From Elusimicrobiota bacterium (GTDB lineage: Bacteria; Elusimicrobiota; Elusimicrobia; UBA1565; UBA9628), in NCBI GenBank assembly GCA_028869495.1, contig JAGWRY010000285.1, positions 1-46,354 of the forward strand: a DNA stretch of 46,354 bases, read 5' to 3'. The position numbers and the translations under genes are program-made. The notes beneath the pieces are model-generated. The model was not told where the DNA came from. It did no database searches and saw only the letters and a program-made list of their open reading frames with translations. This document shows, piece by piece, positions 1 through 7,490 of this stretch. The first letter of the stretch is position 1; each line of letters begins with the position of its first letter.

Positions 1-1
1 C

Positions 2-748
2 GGCGCCCGGGCGCCGACCCTCTACGGCCGCCGCATGGCGCGCGACCTCGCGGCGGGGCTCGCCCGCCGGCGCGTCGCGGTGGTCAGCGGCCTGGCGCGC
101 GGCATCGACGCCGAGGCGCACGAGGCGGCTCTCGACGCGGGCGGGACGACCTGGGCCGTCCTCGGCTCGGGCCTGGGCCGGGTCTATCCGCCCGAGAACC
201 GCGACCTGGCCCGGCGCATCGCCGGCGAGGGCGGCTGCGTGCTGACGGAGCACCCGTCCGCGGTCGCTCCCCACCCCGGGCTTTTCCCGCGGCGCAACCG
301 GATCGTGGCGGGCCTGTCCTGGGCCGTCGTGGTGGTCGAGGGACGCCGCGGCTCCGGGGCCCTGCTGACGGCCGGAGACGCGGCGGCGGGGGGACGGGAG
401 GTCCTGGCCGTCCCGGGCCCGGCGGACTCCCCGCTCAGCGAGGCGCCGCACCGTCTCCTGAAGGCGGGCGCCAAGCTGGCCCTCTCGGCCGCGGACGTCG
501 CGGCTTGTCTTCCGGCCGGCGCGGCCCGCGAGCTCGTTTCCCGGCCGCGCCGGACGGCCGTTCCTCCGCTGGAGGCGGGCGAATCTAAGATTTTGAATAT
601 TCTAGAAGGAGAATCCCGTTCTTTGGACGAACTGGCCGTCTTGACGGGGCTTGACATGCCATCCCTTTCCCTTATAATGTTCGGGCTGGAAATCAAAGAG
701 CTCGTGAACGCTCTCCCCGGACAACGCTATGCCAAAAAAGCCCTCTGA
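2..748 (+). CDS. dprA: DNA-processing protein DprA/Smf (5' end lies outside the window)
   Basis: The frame is open from nt 2 (GARAPTLYGRR precedes the first in-frame ATG at 35), so the gene starts upstream of the window. The translation carries the DprA core motifs I recognise: VVSGLARGIDAEAHEAAL, FPRRNRIVAGLS and VVVVEG..SGALLTA. It ends in a winged-helix-like tail (ILNILEGESRSLDELAVLTGL). dprA directly upstream of topA is a common bacterial arrangement. Confidence 0.85.
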   Translation, partial: GARAPTLYGRRMARDLAAGLARRRVAVVSGLARGIDAEAHEAALDAGGTTWAVLGSGLGRVYPPENRDLARRIAGEGGCVLTEHPSAVAPHPGLFPRRNRIVAGLSWAVVVVEGRRGSGALLTAGDAAAGGREVLAVPGPADSPLSEAPHRLLKAGAKLALSAADVAACLPAGAARELVSRPRRTAVPPLEAGESKILNILEGESRSLDELAVLTGLDMPSLSLIMFGLEIKELVNALPGQRYAKKAL

Positions 749-3149
749 AAAGGCCCCCAAGGCCGCCAAGACCGCGAAGGGAGGAAAAGCCCCCGTCGCG
801 ACGGGCAAAGCCCGCAAAGGGCCCAGCCTCCTGGTCGTCGAGTCTCCGGCCAAGGAGCGGACGATCTCCCGCTTCCTCAAAAGCGACTTCATCGTGCGCT
901 CCTCGTTCGGACACGTCCGGGACCTGCCGGTGCGCAAGATCGGCGTGAACGTGGAGGACGACTTCGTCCCGCAGTACGTCGTCCTGCCCCGGGCCAAGAA
1001 GATCCTGGCCGAGTTCAAGTCGCTGGCGGCCAAGTCCCCGTTCGTGTACCTCGCGACCGACCACGACCGCGAGGGAGAGTCGATCGCTTGGCACCTGGTC
1101 GACATGCTCAAGCTCAAGCCCGACCAAGTCAAGCGCATCACGTTCCACGAGATCACCCCCGGCGCCATCAAGGAGGCGATCTCGGCGCCGCGCTCGATCG
1201 ACGAGAACCTGGTCCACGCCCAGCAGGCCCGGCGCGTGATCGACCGCCTCGTCGGCTACAAGCTCTCGCCGCTCTTGTGGGCCAAGATCCAGAGCGGCCT
1301 GTCGGCCGGCCGCGTGCAGTCGGTCGCCGTGCGCCTGCTCGCCGAGCGCGAGCGCGAGATCAAGGAGTTCTCGTCCGAGGGCTACTGGACGCTGACCGCC
1401 GCCCTCGAGAAGCCCGGCGCGCCCCCGCCTTTCGACGCGAAGCTGTCGCTGTGGAAGGGCGAGAAGGTCGAGTCGACGCGCACCTACGACCTGTTCTCCG
1501 AGCAGTACCGCGTGAAGGCGACGACCCTGCGCTCCGCGGTCGACGTCGACGCGGTCACGACGGCGCTGAAGTCGGGGGCGTTCAAGGTCGTCAAGGTCGA
1601 GAAGAAAGAGGTCCGTCGCCGGCCGCCGCCGCCGTTCTCGACGTCGACCCTCCAGCAGGCGGCGTCGCAGAAGATGGGCTTCGCGGCCGAGCGCACGATG
1701 CGGGTCGCTCAGTCGCTCTACGAGGGCGTCGACCTCGGCGGCAAGGAGCCCGTCGGTCTGATCACGTACATGCGCACCGACTCGTTCTCGATCGCGAAGA
1801 CCGCGGCGGCCGAGTGCGCGGACTACGTCGCGCAGGCCTACGGCGCGAACTTCCGCCCGCCCGAGCCGCCGACCTACCAGACGAAGTCGCGCGGCGCGCA
1901 GGAGGCGCACGAGGCGATCCGCCCGACGAGCGTCAACCGCACGCCCGACGAGGTCCGCAAGTACCTGAACCCGGACCAGGCGCGCCTCTACGAGCTGATC
2001 TGGAAGCGCTTCGTCGCCTCGCAGATGGTCGAAGCCGTCTACGACACCGCGGCCGCCGACGTCGAGAACGACGGCGCGACGTTCCACTGCACGGGCCGCA
2101 CGCTGAAGTTCGAGGGCTTCCTGCGCGTCTACCGCGACGCCCCGAAGGAGGGCGGCGAGGACGAGGGCGAGCCCGAGGACGAGGAGGTCCGCCGCCTGCC
2201 GCCGCTGGCGGAGGGCGACGTGCTCAAGCTCGTCGAGCTGAAGCCCGAGGAGCACCGGACCAGCCCCCCGCCCCACTACAACGAGGCCAGCCTGATCCGC
2301 GCGATGGAGCGCCACGGCATCGGCCGCCCGTCCACGTACGCGCCGACGATCAAGACGATCGTCGACCGCGGCTACGTGCGGCGCAACATGAAGGACCGAA
2401 AGCTGATCCCGAGCGAGCTGGGCATCCTCGTCACCGAGAAGCTCAAGGAGCACTTCCCGGAGGTCGTCAGCCTCACCTACACGGCCGACGTCGAGGAGAA
2501 GCTCGACCAGGTCGCCGAGGGCAAGGCCGCCTGGGCGCACGTCGTGCGCGAGTTCTACGACCCGTTCGTGAAGGCCCTCGAGGCCGCCGCGACCGAGATG
2601 AAGGCCTCGCGCATCGAGCCGAAGATGTCGGACGAGAAGTGCCCGCTCTGCGCGGCGCCGATGCTGATCCGCGAGAGCCGCTTCGGCAAGTACCTGTCCT
2701 GCTCGACCTTCCCGAAGTGCAAGGGCAAGATCCAGCTGACGCCGGAGGGGCAGAAGGTCGTCCTCGAGACGACCGGCGAGAACTGCGACCTCTGCGGCAA
2801 GCCGATGGTGATCCGCACCGGGCGCAAGGGGCGCTTCATGGCCTGCTCCGGCTACCCGGAATGCAAGAACACCTTCTCGCTCGACGCCGACGGCAAGAAG
2901 ATCGAGGGCTCGCGCCCGCTGCAGACCAAGCGCCCGTGCAACAAGTGCGGCAAGCACATGTGGCTGAGGATGGGCAAGCGCGGCTTCTTCCTGACCTGCC
3001 CCGGCTACCCGAAGTGCCGCAACCTCAAGCCCGTCTCCAAGGAGGAGGGCGAGAAACTGAAGACCGAGGGCGAGGCCCTGCGCGCCGAGCTGATCGCCTC
3101 GCGCAAGGCGGCCGAGGGCGCGGCGCCCCCGCCGCCCGCGGCCTCCTGA
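729..3149 (+). CDS. topA: DNA topoisomerase I (type IA) with three C-terminal C4 zinc ribbons
   Basis: 806-codon ORF whose ATG at 729 overlaps the dprA 3' end by 20 nt. It has a Toprim N-terminus (LLVVESPAKERTISRFL..GHVRDLP) and the active-site Tyr context GLITYMRTDS. Three zinc-ribbon motifs are present: CPLC..CSTFPKC, CDLC..CSGYPEC and CNKC..CPGYPKC. No alternative ATG/GTG/TTG lies between 729 and the Toprim motif, so the Lys/Ala/Pro-rich 33-aa N-terminal extension appears to be real. Confidence 0.95.
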   Translation: MPKKPSEKAPKAAKTAKGGKAPVATGKARKGPSLLVVESPAKERTISRFLKSDFIVRSSFGHVRDLPVRKIGVNVEDDFVPQYVVLPRAKKILAEFKSLAAKSPFVYLATDHDREGESIAWHLVDMLKLKPDQVKRITFHEITPGAIKEAISAPRSIDENLVHAQQARRVIDRLVGYKLSPLLWAKIQSGLSAGRVQSVAVRLLAEREREIKEFSSEGYWTLTAALEKPGAPPPFDAKLSLWKGEKVESTRTYDLFSEQYRVKATTLRSAVDVDAVTTALKSGAFKVVKVEKKEVRRRPPPPFSTSTLQQAASQKMGFAAERTMRVAQSLYEGVDLGGKEPVGLITYMRTDSFSIAKTAAAECADYVAQAYGANFRPPEPPTYQTKSRGAQEAHEAIRPTSVNRTPDEVRKYLNPDQARLYELIWKRFVASQMVEAVYDTAAADVENDGATFHCTGRTLKFEGFLRVYRDAPKEGGEDEGEPEDEEVRRLPPLAEGDVLKLVELKPEEHRTSPPPHYNEASLIRAMERHGIGRPSTYAPTIKTIVDRGYVRRNMKDRKLIPSELGILVTEKLKEHFPEVVSLTYTADVEEKLDQVAEGKAAWAHVVREFYDPFVKALEAAATEMKASRIEPKMSDEKCPLCAAPMLIRESRFGKYLSCSTFPKCKGKIQLTPEGQKVVLETTGENCDLCGKPMVIRTGRKGRFMACSGYPECKNTFSLDADGKKIEGSRPLQTKRPCNKCGKHMWLRMGKRGFFLTCPGYPKCRNLKPVSKEEGEKLKTEGEALRAELIASRKAAEGAAPPPPAAS

Positions 3150-3168
3150 CGCGGACGGGGAAGGGGCG

Positions 3169-4041
3169 ATGCGCCTCGAGATCGAGCGCTTCCTGACGCG
3201 CCTGCGCGCGTCGCGCGGAGCCTCGCCGCACACCCTGCGCGCCTACCGCGCGGACCTCGAGGCCTTCGCGGCGGCGGCCTCCGGCGTCGAGCCGCGCGAC
3301 CTGGACCGCACGCACGTGCGCGCGTACCTGGCGGGCCTCCAGTCCGGCTCCCTGTCGCGCGCGACGGTCCTGCGGCGGGCCTCGGCCTTGCGCTCGTTCG
3401 TGCGCTTCCTGCGCGCGGAGGGCCTGCTCGCGCGCGACCCGTTTTTGGGCGTGCCTCTGCCGAAGCGCGTGCGGCCGCTGCCGAAGTTCCTGACCGAGGC
3501 CGAGATGGAGCAGGTCCTCTCGGTCCCGGCGGACGCCGACTCCGCGTCGCGCCGCGACCGCGCGCTCGTCGAACTGCTCTATTCGGCCGGCCTGCGCCGG
3601 GCCGAGCTCGCGGCGCTCAACGTCGGCGACCTGGACCTGCTGTCGGGCACGGCCCGCGTCTTCGGCAAGGGCTCGAAGGAGCGCATCGTCCCGGTCGGCG
3701 AGGCCGCGCTCGAGCTCCTGCGGGAATGGCTGCGCGCGCGCGGCGGGGCCGGCGACGGCGAGCCGCTGTTCGTCAACGAGCGCGGCGGGCGGCTGTCGGC
3801 CGACGGGGTCGCCTTCCTGGTCCGGCGCTGGGTCCGGCGCGCGGCGCTGATGAAGAACGTGACGCCGCACGTGTTCCGCCACAGCTTCGCGACGCATCTC
3901 CTGAACCGCGGCTGCGACATCCGCCACGTGCAGGAGATGCTCGGCCACGCGAGCCTGCAGACGACGCAGTTTTACACGCACGTCTCCCTCCAGCGCCTGC
4001 GCGAGGTCTACAAGGACGCGCATCCGAGGAGCCGGACTTGA
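3169..4041 (+). CDS. xerC: Tyrosine site-specific recombinase, XerC/XerD family
   Basis: ATG 3169 is preceded by the purine-rich GGGGAAGGGG. The N-terminal core-binding motif SPHTLRAYRADLEAF is present. The catalytic domain shows LYSAGLRRAEL, HVFRHSFATHLL and LGHASLQTTQFYTHV (terminal nucleophile Tyr). XerC and XerD cannot be separated by eye; the symbol follows the common dprA-topA-xerC neighbourhood. Confidence 0.8.
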   Translation: MRLEIERFLTRLRASRGASPHTLRAYRADLEAFAAAASGVEPRDLDRTHVRAYLAGLQSGSLSRATVLRRASALRSFVRFLRAEGLLARDPFLGVPLPKRVRPLPKFLTEAEMEQVLSVPADADSASRRDRALVELLYSAGLRRAELAALNVGDLDLLSGTARVFGKGSKERIVPVGEAALELLREWLRARGGAGDGEPLFVNERGGRLSADGVAFLVRRWVRRAALMKNVTPHVFRHSFATHLLNRGCDIRHVQEMLGHASLQTTQFYTHVSLQRLREVYKDAHPRSRT

Positions 4042-4061
4042 AGGACAGGATCGATCTGCTG

Positions 4062-4982
4062 ATGGAGGAGACCGGCTGCGAGCGCGGCGAGGCCGAGCTC
4101 GCGCTCGAGATGTGCGGCTACGACTTCGAGGAGGCCGTGCGCCAGCTGCCGCGGCTCCTGCGCGACATCTGCGCGCTGAAGGGGAAGTTCGTCCTCCCCG
4201 CGAGCGGCCGTCACGGGCTCCTGCTGGTCGTCTTGAACCTGAAGACGCGCACGGTCCTGCGCTGCCGCGCGGTGCTCTCCTACGACCCGGCGGTCTGCTC
4301 GATCGGCCTGGGCGAGGACTGGTTCGCCTTCGAGAAGCACCTGTACGGCTGCCGCCTCTGGGACGGGAGCCTGCCGGCCGAGAGCCTGGAGGCCGAGCAG
4401 GCGCTGGCCGCGCACTTCCGCGAGGCGCCGCCGGAGCACTTCGAGCGCCTGCGCGCGTCCGGCGCCCAGGCCTCGGACGACGCGCCGGCCCAGGCCCTGC
4501 GCGCGCACTTCGGCGACCCCGGTTTGAGCCTGCGGCTGAAAAAGGATATCCTCGACCTCGGCCAGTTCCAGTCCCTGCGGCCGGCGGCGGCGCCGGCCGC
4601 GCGGCGCGAGAAGCAGGCCCGTACGCCGCCGCCGGAGGACCTGCTGGTCCTGAAGATCGCGCTCGAGGAGGACCCGGAGGGCGTCCCGGCCTCCGAGCTT
4701 CACGCGGGAGACCTGGTCTCGGCCCGGATCGTCGACGCGCGCGACATCGCGCGCTACCTGGCCCGCCTGTTCGGCGGCCTGACCGACGCGGGGCCGATGC
4801 CGATCGAGGCGCCGGTCGAGGCGATCGAGTCGGCGGGCGGAGACGTGCTGGTCCGCGCGCGCTTCGCGGTCGGCGTCGCGGGAGACGGGGTCGTGCCGGC
4901 GGACCGGCGTCTGCGCGCGTCGCGCGGGGCCGCGCACGGGCGCGGCGACGGGTCGTGGTGGAAGCGCTTTTTCAAAGGCTGA
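4062..4982 (+). CDS. Hypothetical protein with an N-terminal UBA-like helical motif
   Basis: The track ORF 3726-4982 overlaps xerC for its first ~315 nt, so I trimmed it to the first ATG after the xerC stop (4062). An in-frame TTG at 4038 is an alternative start. G/C dominates third codon positions in this frame. The N-terminus ETGCERGEAELALEMCGYDFEEAV resembles UBA/NAC/EF-Ts-type three-helix motifs. I do not recognise the rest. Confidence 0.6.
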   Translation: MEETGCERGEAELALEMCGYDFEEAVRQLPRLLRDICALKGKFVLPASGRHGLLLVVLNLKTRTVLRCRAVLSYDPAVCSIGLGEDWFAFEKHLYGCRLWDGSLPAESLEAEQALAAHFREAPPEHFERLRASGAQASDDAPAQALRAHFGDPGLSLRLKKDILDLGQFQSLRPAAAPAARREKQARTPPPEDLLVLKIALEEDPEGVPASELHAGDLVSARIVDARDIARYLARLFGGLTDAGPMPIEAPVEAIESAGGDVLVRARFAVGVAGDGVVPADRRLRASRGAAHGRGDGSWWKRFFKG

Positions 4983-4992
4983 GGGGGGAAAC

Positions 4993-6279
4993 GTGCCGGC
5001 ACTCGTGGTCGTGGGCGCCCAGTGGGGCGACGAAGGGAAGGGGAAGATCGTCCATTTTCTGGGCCGCGGCGCCGACTGGGTCGTCCGCTACCAGGGCGGC
5101 GACAACGCCGGCCACACGGTCGTCTTCGACGGCCAGAAGTACGCGCTGCACCTGATCCCGTCGGGCATCCTTCAGCCCGGCGTCAAGAACGTCGTCGGCG
5201 ACGGCGTCGTCGTCAACCCGCTCGCCTTCGAGGGCGAGGTGCGCATGCTCGAGCGCCGCGGCATCAAGGTCCGCGGCCGCCTCTTCCTGAGCCTGTCCGC
5301 GCACGTGATCCTGCCCACGCACGTCTACCTCGACACTCTGCGCGAGGAGGGCGGGCGCGGGATCGGCACGACGAAAAAGGGGATCGGCCCCTGCTACGAG
5401 GACAAGGTCGCGCGCATCGGCATCCGCGTCGCCGACTACCTGGACGCGTCCTCGTTCCGGAAGCTGGTCCGGCAGAGCCTGAAAGTCCGCGCGGCCGAGC
5501 TCACGAAGGTCAAGCCTCTCAAGAAAATCGAGGCCGAGGTCTTCGCCGGCTACGAGGCGCGGCGGCGCTTCCTCGCCCGCTTCGCGGCCGACACCGGCCT
5601 CCTGCTCGACGCCGCGCGGCGCAAAGGCGCGCGGATCCTGCTCGAGAGCGCGCAGGGCTCGATGCTCGACCTCGACCACGGCACCTACCCGTTCGTCACC
5701 TCGTCGAATCCGGTCGCCGGCGGCGCCTGCGTCGGCGCGGGCGTGGGTCCCACGACGATCGGCGCGGTCAACGGCGTCACGAAGGCCTACACGACGCGCG
5801 TGGGCCTGGGCCCCTTCCCGACCGAGGTCGAGGGCCACCTCGCCCGCTACATCCGCGAGGTCGGCAAGGAATACGGGGTGACGACCGGGCGTCCGCGCCG
5901 CATCGGGTGGCTCGACCTGCCGCAGCTGCGGGCCGCGATCCGCATGAACGGCCTGACCTCGTTGACGATGACGAAGCTCGACACGCTGTCGGGCGTCCAT
6001 CCGATCAAGGTCTGCGTCGGCTACCGCCTGCGCGGCAAGAAGATCGCCGAATTCCCGATCGCGCGCCGCGACCAGCTCGACGTCCTGCCGGTCTACGAGA
6101 GCTTCGCCGGCTTCTCCGGCGACCTGAAGGACGCGCGCAAGTTCTCCGACCTGCCGCTGGGCGCGCGCGAGTACGTGCTGGCCGTCGAGCGCAAGCTGGG
6201 CGTGCCGATCCTCATCGTGTCCGTCGGGCAGAGCCGCGAGCAGACGATCGTGCGGGACGCGAAGGCGCTCTGGGGCTGA
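4993..6279 (+). CDS. purA: Adenylosuccinate synthetase
   Basis: GTG start at 4993 is preceded by GAGGGGGGA. Hallmark PurA motifs are present: VVVGAQWGDEGKGKIVHFL, YQGGDNAGHTVV, GTTKKGIGPCYEDK and GVTTGRPRRIGWLD. Confidence 0.95.
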   Translation: MPALVVVGAQWGDEGKGKIVHFLGRGADWVVRYQGGDNAGHTVVFDGQKYALHLIPSGILQPGVKNVVGDGVVVNPLAFEGEVRMLERRGIKVRGRLFLSLSAHVILPTHVYLDTLREEGGRGIGTTKKGIGPCYEDKVARIGIRVADYLDASSFRKLVRQSLKVRAAELTKVKPLKKIEAEVFAGYEARRRFLARFAADTGLLLDAARRKGARILLESAQGSMLDLDHGTYPFVTSSNPVAGGACVGAGVGPTTIGAVNGVTKAYTTRVGLGPFPTEVEGHLARYIREVGKEYGVTTGRPRRIGWLDLPQLRAAIRMNGLTSLTMTKLDTLSGVHPIKVCVGYRLRGKKIAEFPIARRDQLDVLPVYESFAGFSGDLKDARKFSDLPLGAREYVLAVERKLGVPILIVSVGQSREQTIVRDAKALWG

Positions 6280-7225
6280 CGGCCGGCGCGGCGTTCTGCG
6301 GGATCTCCTCGAACAGCTCCGTCAGGCGCGCGCGCAGCTTCGCCTCGTCGTCGGCGCCGAGGTAGCTCTTCAGGCGCGCCTCGTCCTCGTCGCGCTCGAC
6401 GACCCGGCCGCCGACGCGGACGTAGCGCAGGACGTCCTGCCCGACATATTCGTTCTTCTTGAACAGAGTCAGCTTCAGCGCGTTGTCGCCGGCGTCGAAC
6501 TTCCCATTGACGGGGACCACGCCGAGGAGCAGAAGGTAGCCCCTGCGGATGACCAGCGGCACGCCCGTCGCGACCGGGTTGACCATGTCCGGGTTGCGGT
6601 CGGCCAGGAACGACCTGTCCGGGGCGAAGAACGCGTAGTTCTTGAAGCGGTAGGCCGGGCCGTAGCGATGGAACGACGGATCCAGGATGTAGACGTGGTC
6701 GGGCTGGGAGAGGTCGGTGATCAGGATGATGAAGTGCTGGCTGGTCCCGGCGGGGAAATAGCCGGACTCCGACGTGCGGATCACCTCGGCCGCGTAGCCC
6801 TTGCCGAGGATCTTCCTGATCCTCGGCAAGGTGTAGGCGGCCAACTCGCCGCAGATGCCGTAGCGGTCCTGGTCGAGGGTGACGTTCCCCGCGGCGTCGT
6901 AGGTGCGGATGTTGCGGATGGTCCAGGTCCTCTTGGCCGGGTCGATCGCGATCCGGATGTCCGGCGCGAGGATGGGGATCAGGGCCGAGTAGCGCAGGGG
7001 GGCGATGATCTTCTTGATCTCGGCCGCCGCCGGGGCGCTCGGGTCGACCTCGGCCCAGCCCAGGTCGTCGGCGAGGTTCTCCTGCGCCCACTGCCAGGCG
7101 TTCCAGCCGGCCAGGGCCGCGAGCGCGAGGGCCAGGAGCGCGGACCCCAGACGCCAGCGGAAGGCGCTCCTCTTGAGACGGAGGAGGGAGTCCTCGAACT
7201 CCGCGCGCGGGATCTTCTGGTTCAT
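6212..7225 (-). CDS. Membrane-anchored hypothetical protein with a transglutaminase-like Cys-His-Asp motif arrangement (putative cysteine peptidase fold)
   Basis: 337-codon ORF with good G/C third-position bias. It has an N-terminal TM/signal anchor (WRLGSALLALALAALAGWNAW). The core reads GICGELAAYTL..(39 residues Cys to His)..QHFIILI..(18 residues His to Asp)..YILDPS. That order and spacing are typical of transglutaminase-like/papain-like Cys-His-Asp folds. The last ~22 codons run antisense through the purA 3' end. Confidence 0.65.
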   Translation of the reverse strand: MNQKIPRAEFEDSLLRLKRSAFRWRLGSALLALALAALAGWNAWQWAQENLADDLGWAEVDPSAPAAAEIKKIIAPLRYSALIPILAPDIRIAIDPAKRTWTIRNIRTYDAAGNVTLDQDRYGICGELAAYTLPRIRKILGKGYAAEVIRTSESGYFPAGTSQHFIILITDLSQPDHVYILDPSFHRYGPAYRFKNYAFFAPDRSFLADRNPDMVNPVATGVPLVIRRGYLLLLGVVPVNGKFDAGDNALKLTLFKKNEYVGQDVLRYVRVGGRVVERDEDEARLKSYLGADDEAKLRARLTELFEEIPQNAAPAVSPRAPSRPARSSARGSARRTR

Positions 7226-7242
7226 GGGCGGGACGTCCGCGG

Positions 7243-7251
7243 ATTATATCA
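7243..7251 (-). promoter_or_regulatory. Candidate extended -10 element (TGATATAAT read on the minus strand) for the 6212-7225 gene
   Basis: The reverse complement of 7243-7251 is TGATATAAT. It lies 18 nt upstream of the ATG at 7225, which would give a very short leader. I saw no convincing -35 element. Confidence 0.3.
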
Positions 7252-7353
7252 TGGCGCGCGGCGGCCGATTGTGCTATAACCCCTGTCGCGTGGGACCGAA
7301 GAGCGGCCGTGCGGACTTTTTTTGCGCCCCGTCGAGCGGGGACTCCCTGGGTC

Positions 7354-7381
7354 TTGACAAATCAAGGGGGTCTGCTATACT
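7354..7381 (+). promoter_or_regulatory. Near-consensus sigma70-type promoter (TTGACA, 16-nt spacer, TGc-TATACT)
   Basis: TTGACA lies at 7354-7359 and TATACT at 7376-7381, with an extended -10 TG at 7373-7374. This is an A/T-rich consensus island in an otherwise very GC-rich intergenic region, placed about 15-20 nt upstream of the riboswitch-like element. Confidence 0.65.
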
Positions 7382-7397
7382 CGACGTGTCGGACGTT

Positions 7398-7483
7398 GGA
7401 GCGACAAACCGGCAAACCGATCGCGAGGTCGGGGCGCAAAGCGAAGGGCCTCGGGAGGCCGAGGTCGCCTGGCTACCGAAACC
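7398..7483 (+). promoter_or_regulatory. c-di-GMP-I (GEMM-I) riboswitch aptamer (candidate)
   Basis: The elements, in order, are: GGCAAA at 7411-7416; a hairpin CCGATC-GCGA(GNRA loop)-GGTCGG at 7417-7432; CGCAAAGC at 7435-7442; a second hairpin with GCGA 7441-7444 paired to TCGC 7465-7468 and inner GGCCT 7447-7451 paired to AGGCC 7456-7460; and GGCTACCGAAA at 7471-7481. The 5' half is collinear, with identical spacing, with the Vibrio cholerae Vc2 aptamer as I remember it (GGCAAACC-AUUC-GAAA-GAGU-GGGACGCAAAGC). I did not check it with a covariance model. Confidence 0.75.
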
Positions 7484-7490
7484 AAAACCG

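Noticed and set aside
3169-4041. The tyrosine recombinase as the integrase of a genomic island carrying the giant gene.
   Set aside because: It has XerC/XerD-type motifs and sits in a dprA-topA-xer housekeeping context. purA separates it from the giant locus. I saw no tRNA or flanking direct repeats, and no visible compositional break between the housekeeping block and the giant gene.
3726-4061. The 5' extension of the 3726-4982 ORF.
   Set aside because: It overlaps the catalytic domain of the XerC/XerD gene in another frame. It is a shadow-frame artefact, so I trimmed it to 4062.
7317-7323. A seven-T run upstream of the promoter, as an intrinsic terminator.
   Set aside because: No stable GC-rich stem precedes it on the plus strand. 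The adjacent CCCCG-TCGAG-CGGGG hairpin (7327-7341) follows the T-run, and on the minus strand it is followed by As. No upstream plus-strand gene would need terminating here.
7005-7490. The 5' extension of the 7005-8048 ORF.
   Set aside because: It runs antisense through the start of the 6212-7225 gene, then across the promoter and the riboswitch-like element. It has no coding periodicity there. I trimmed it to 7491 (or 7560).
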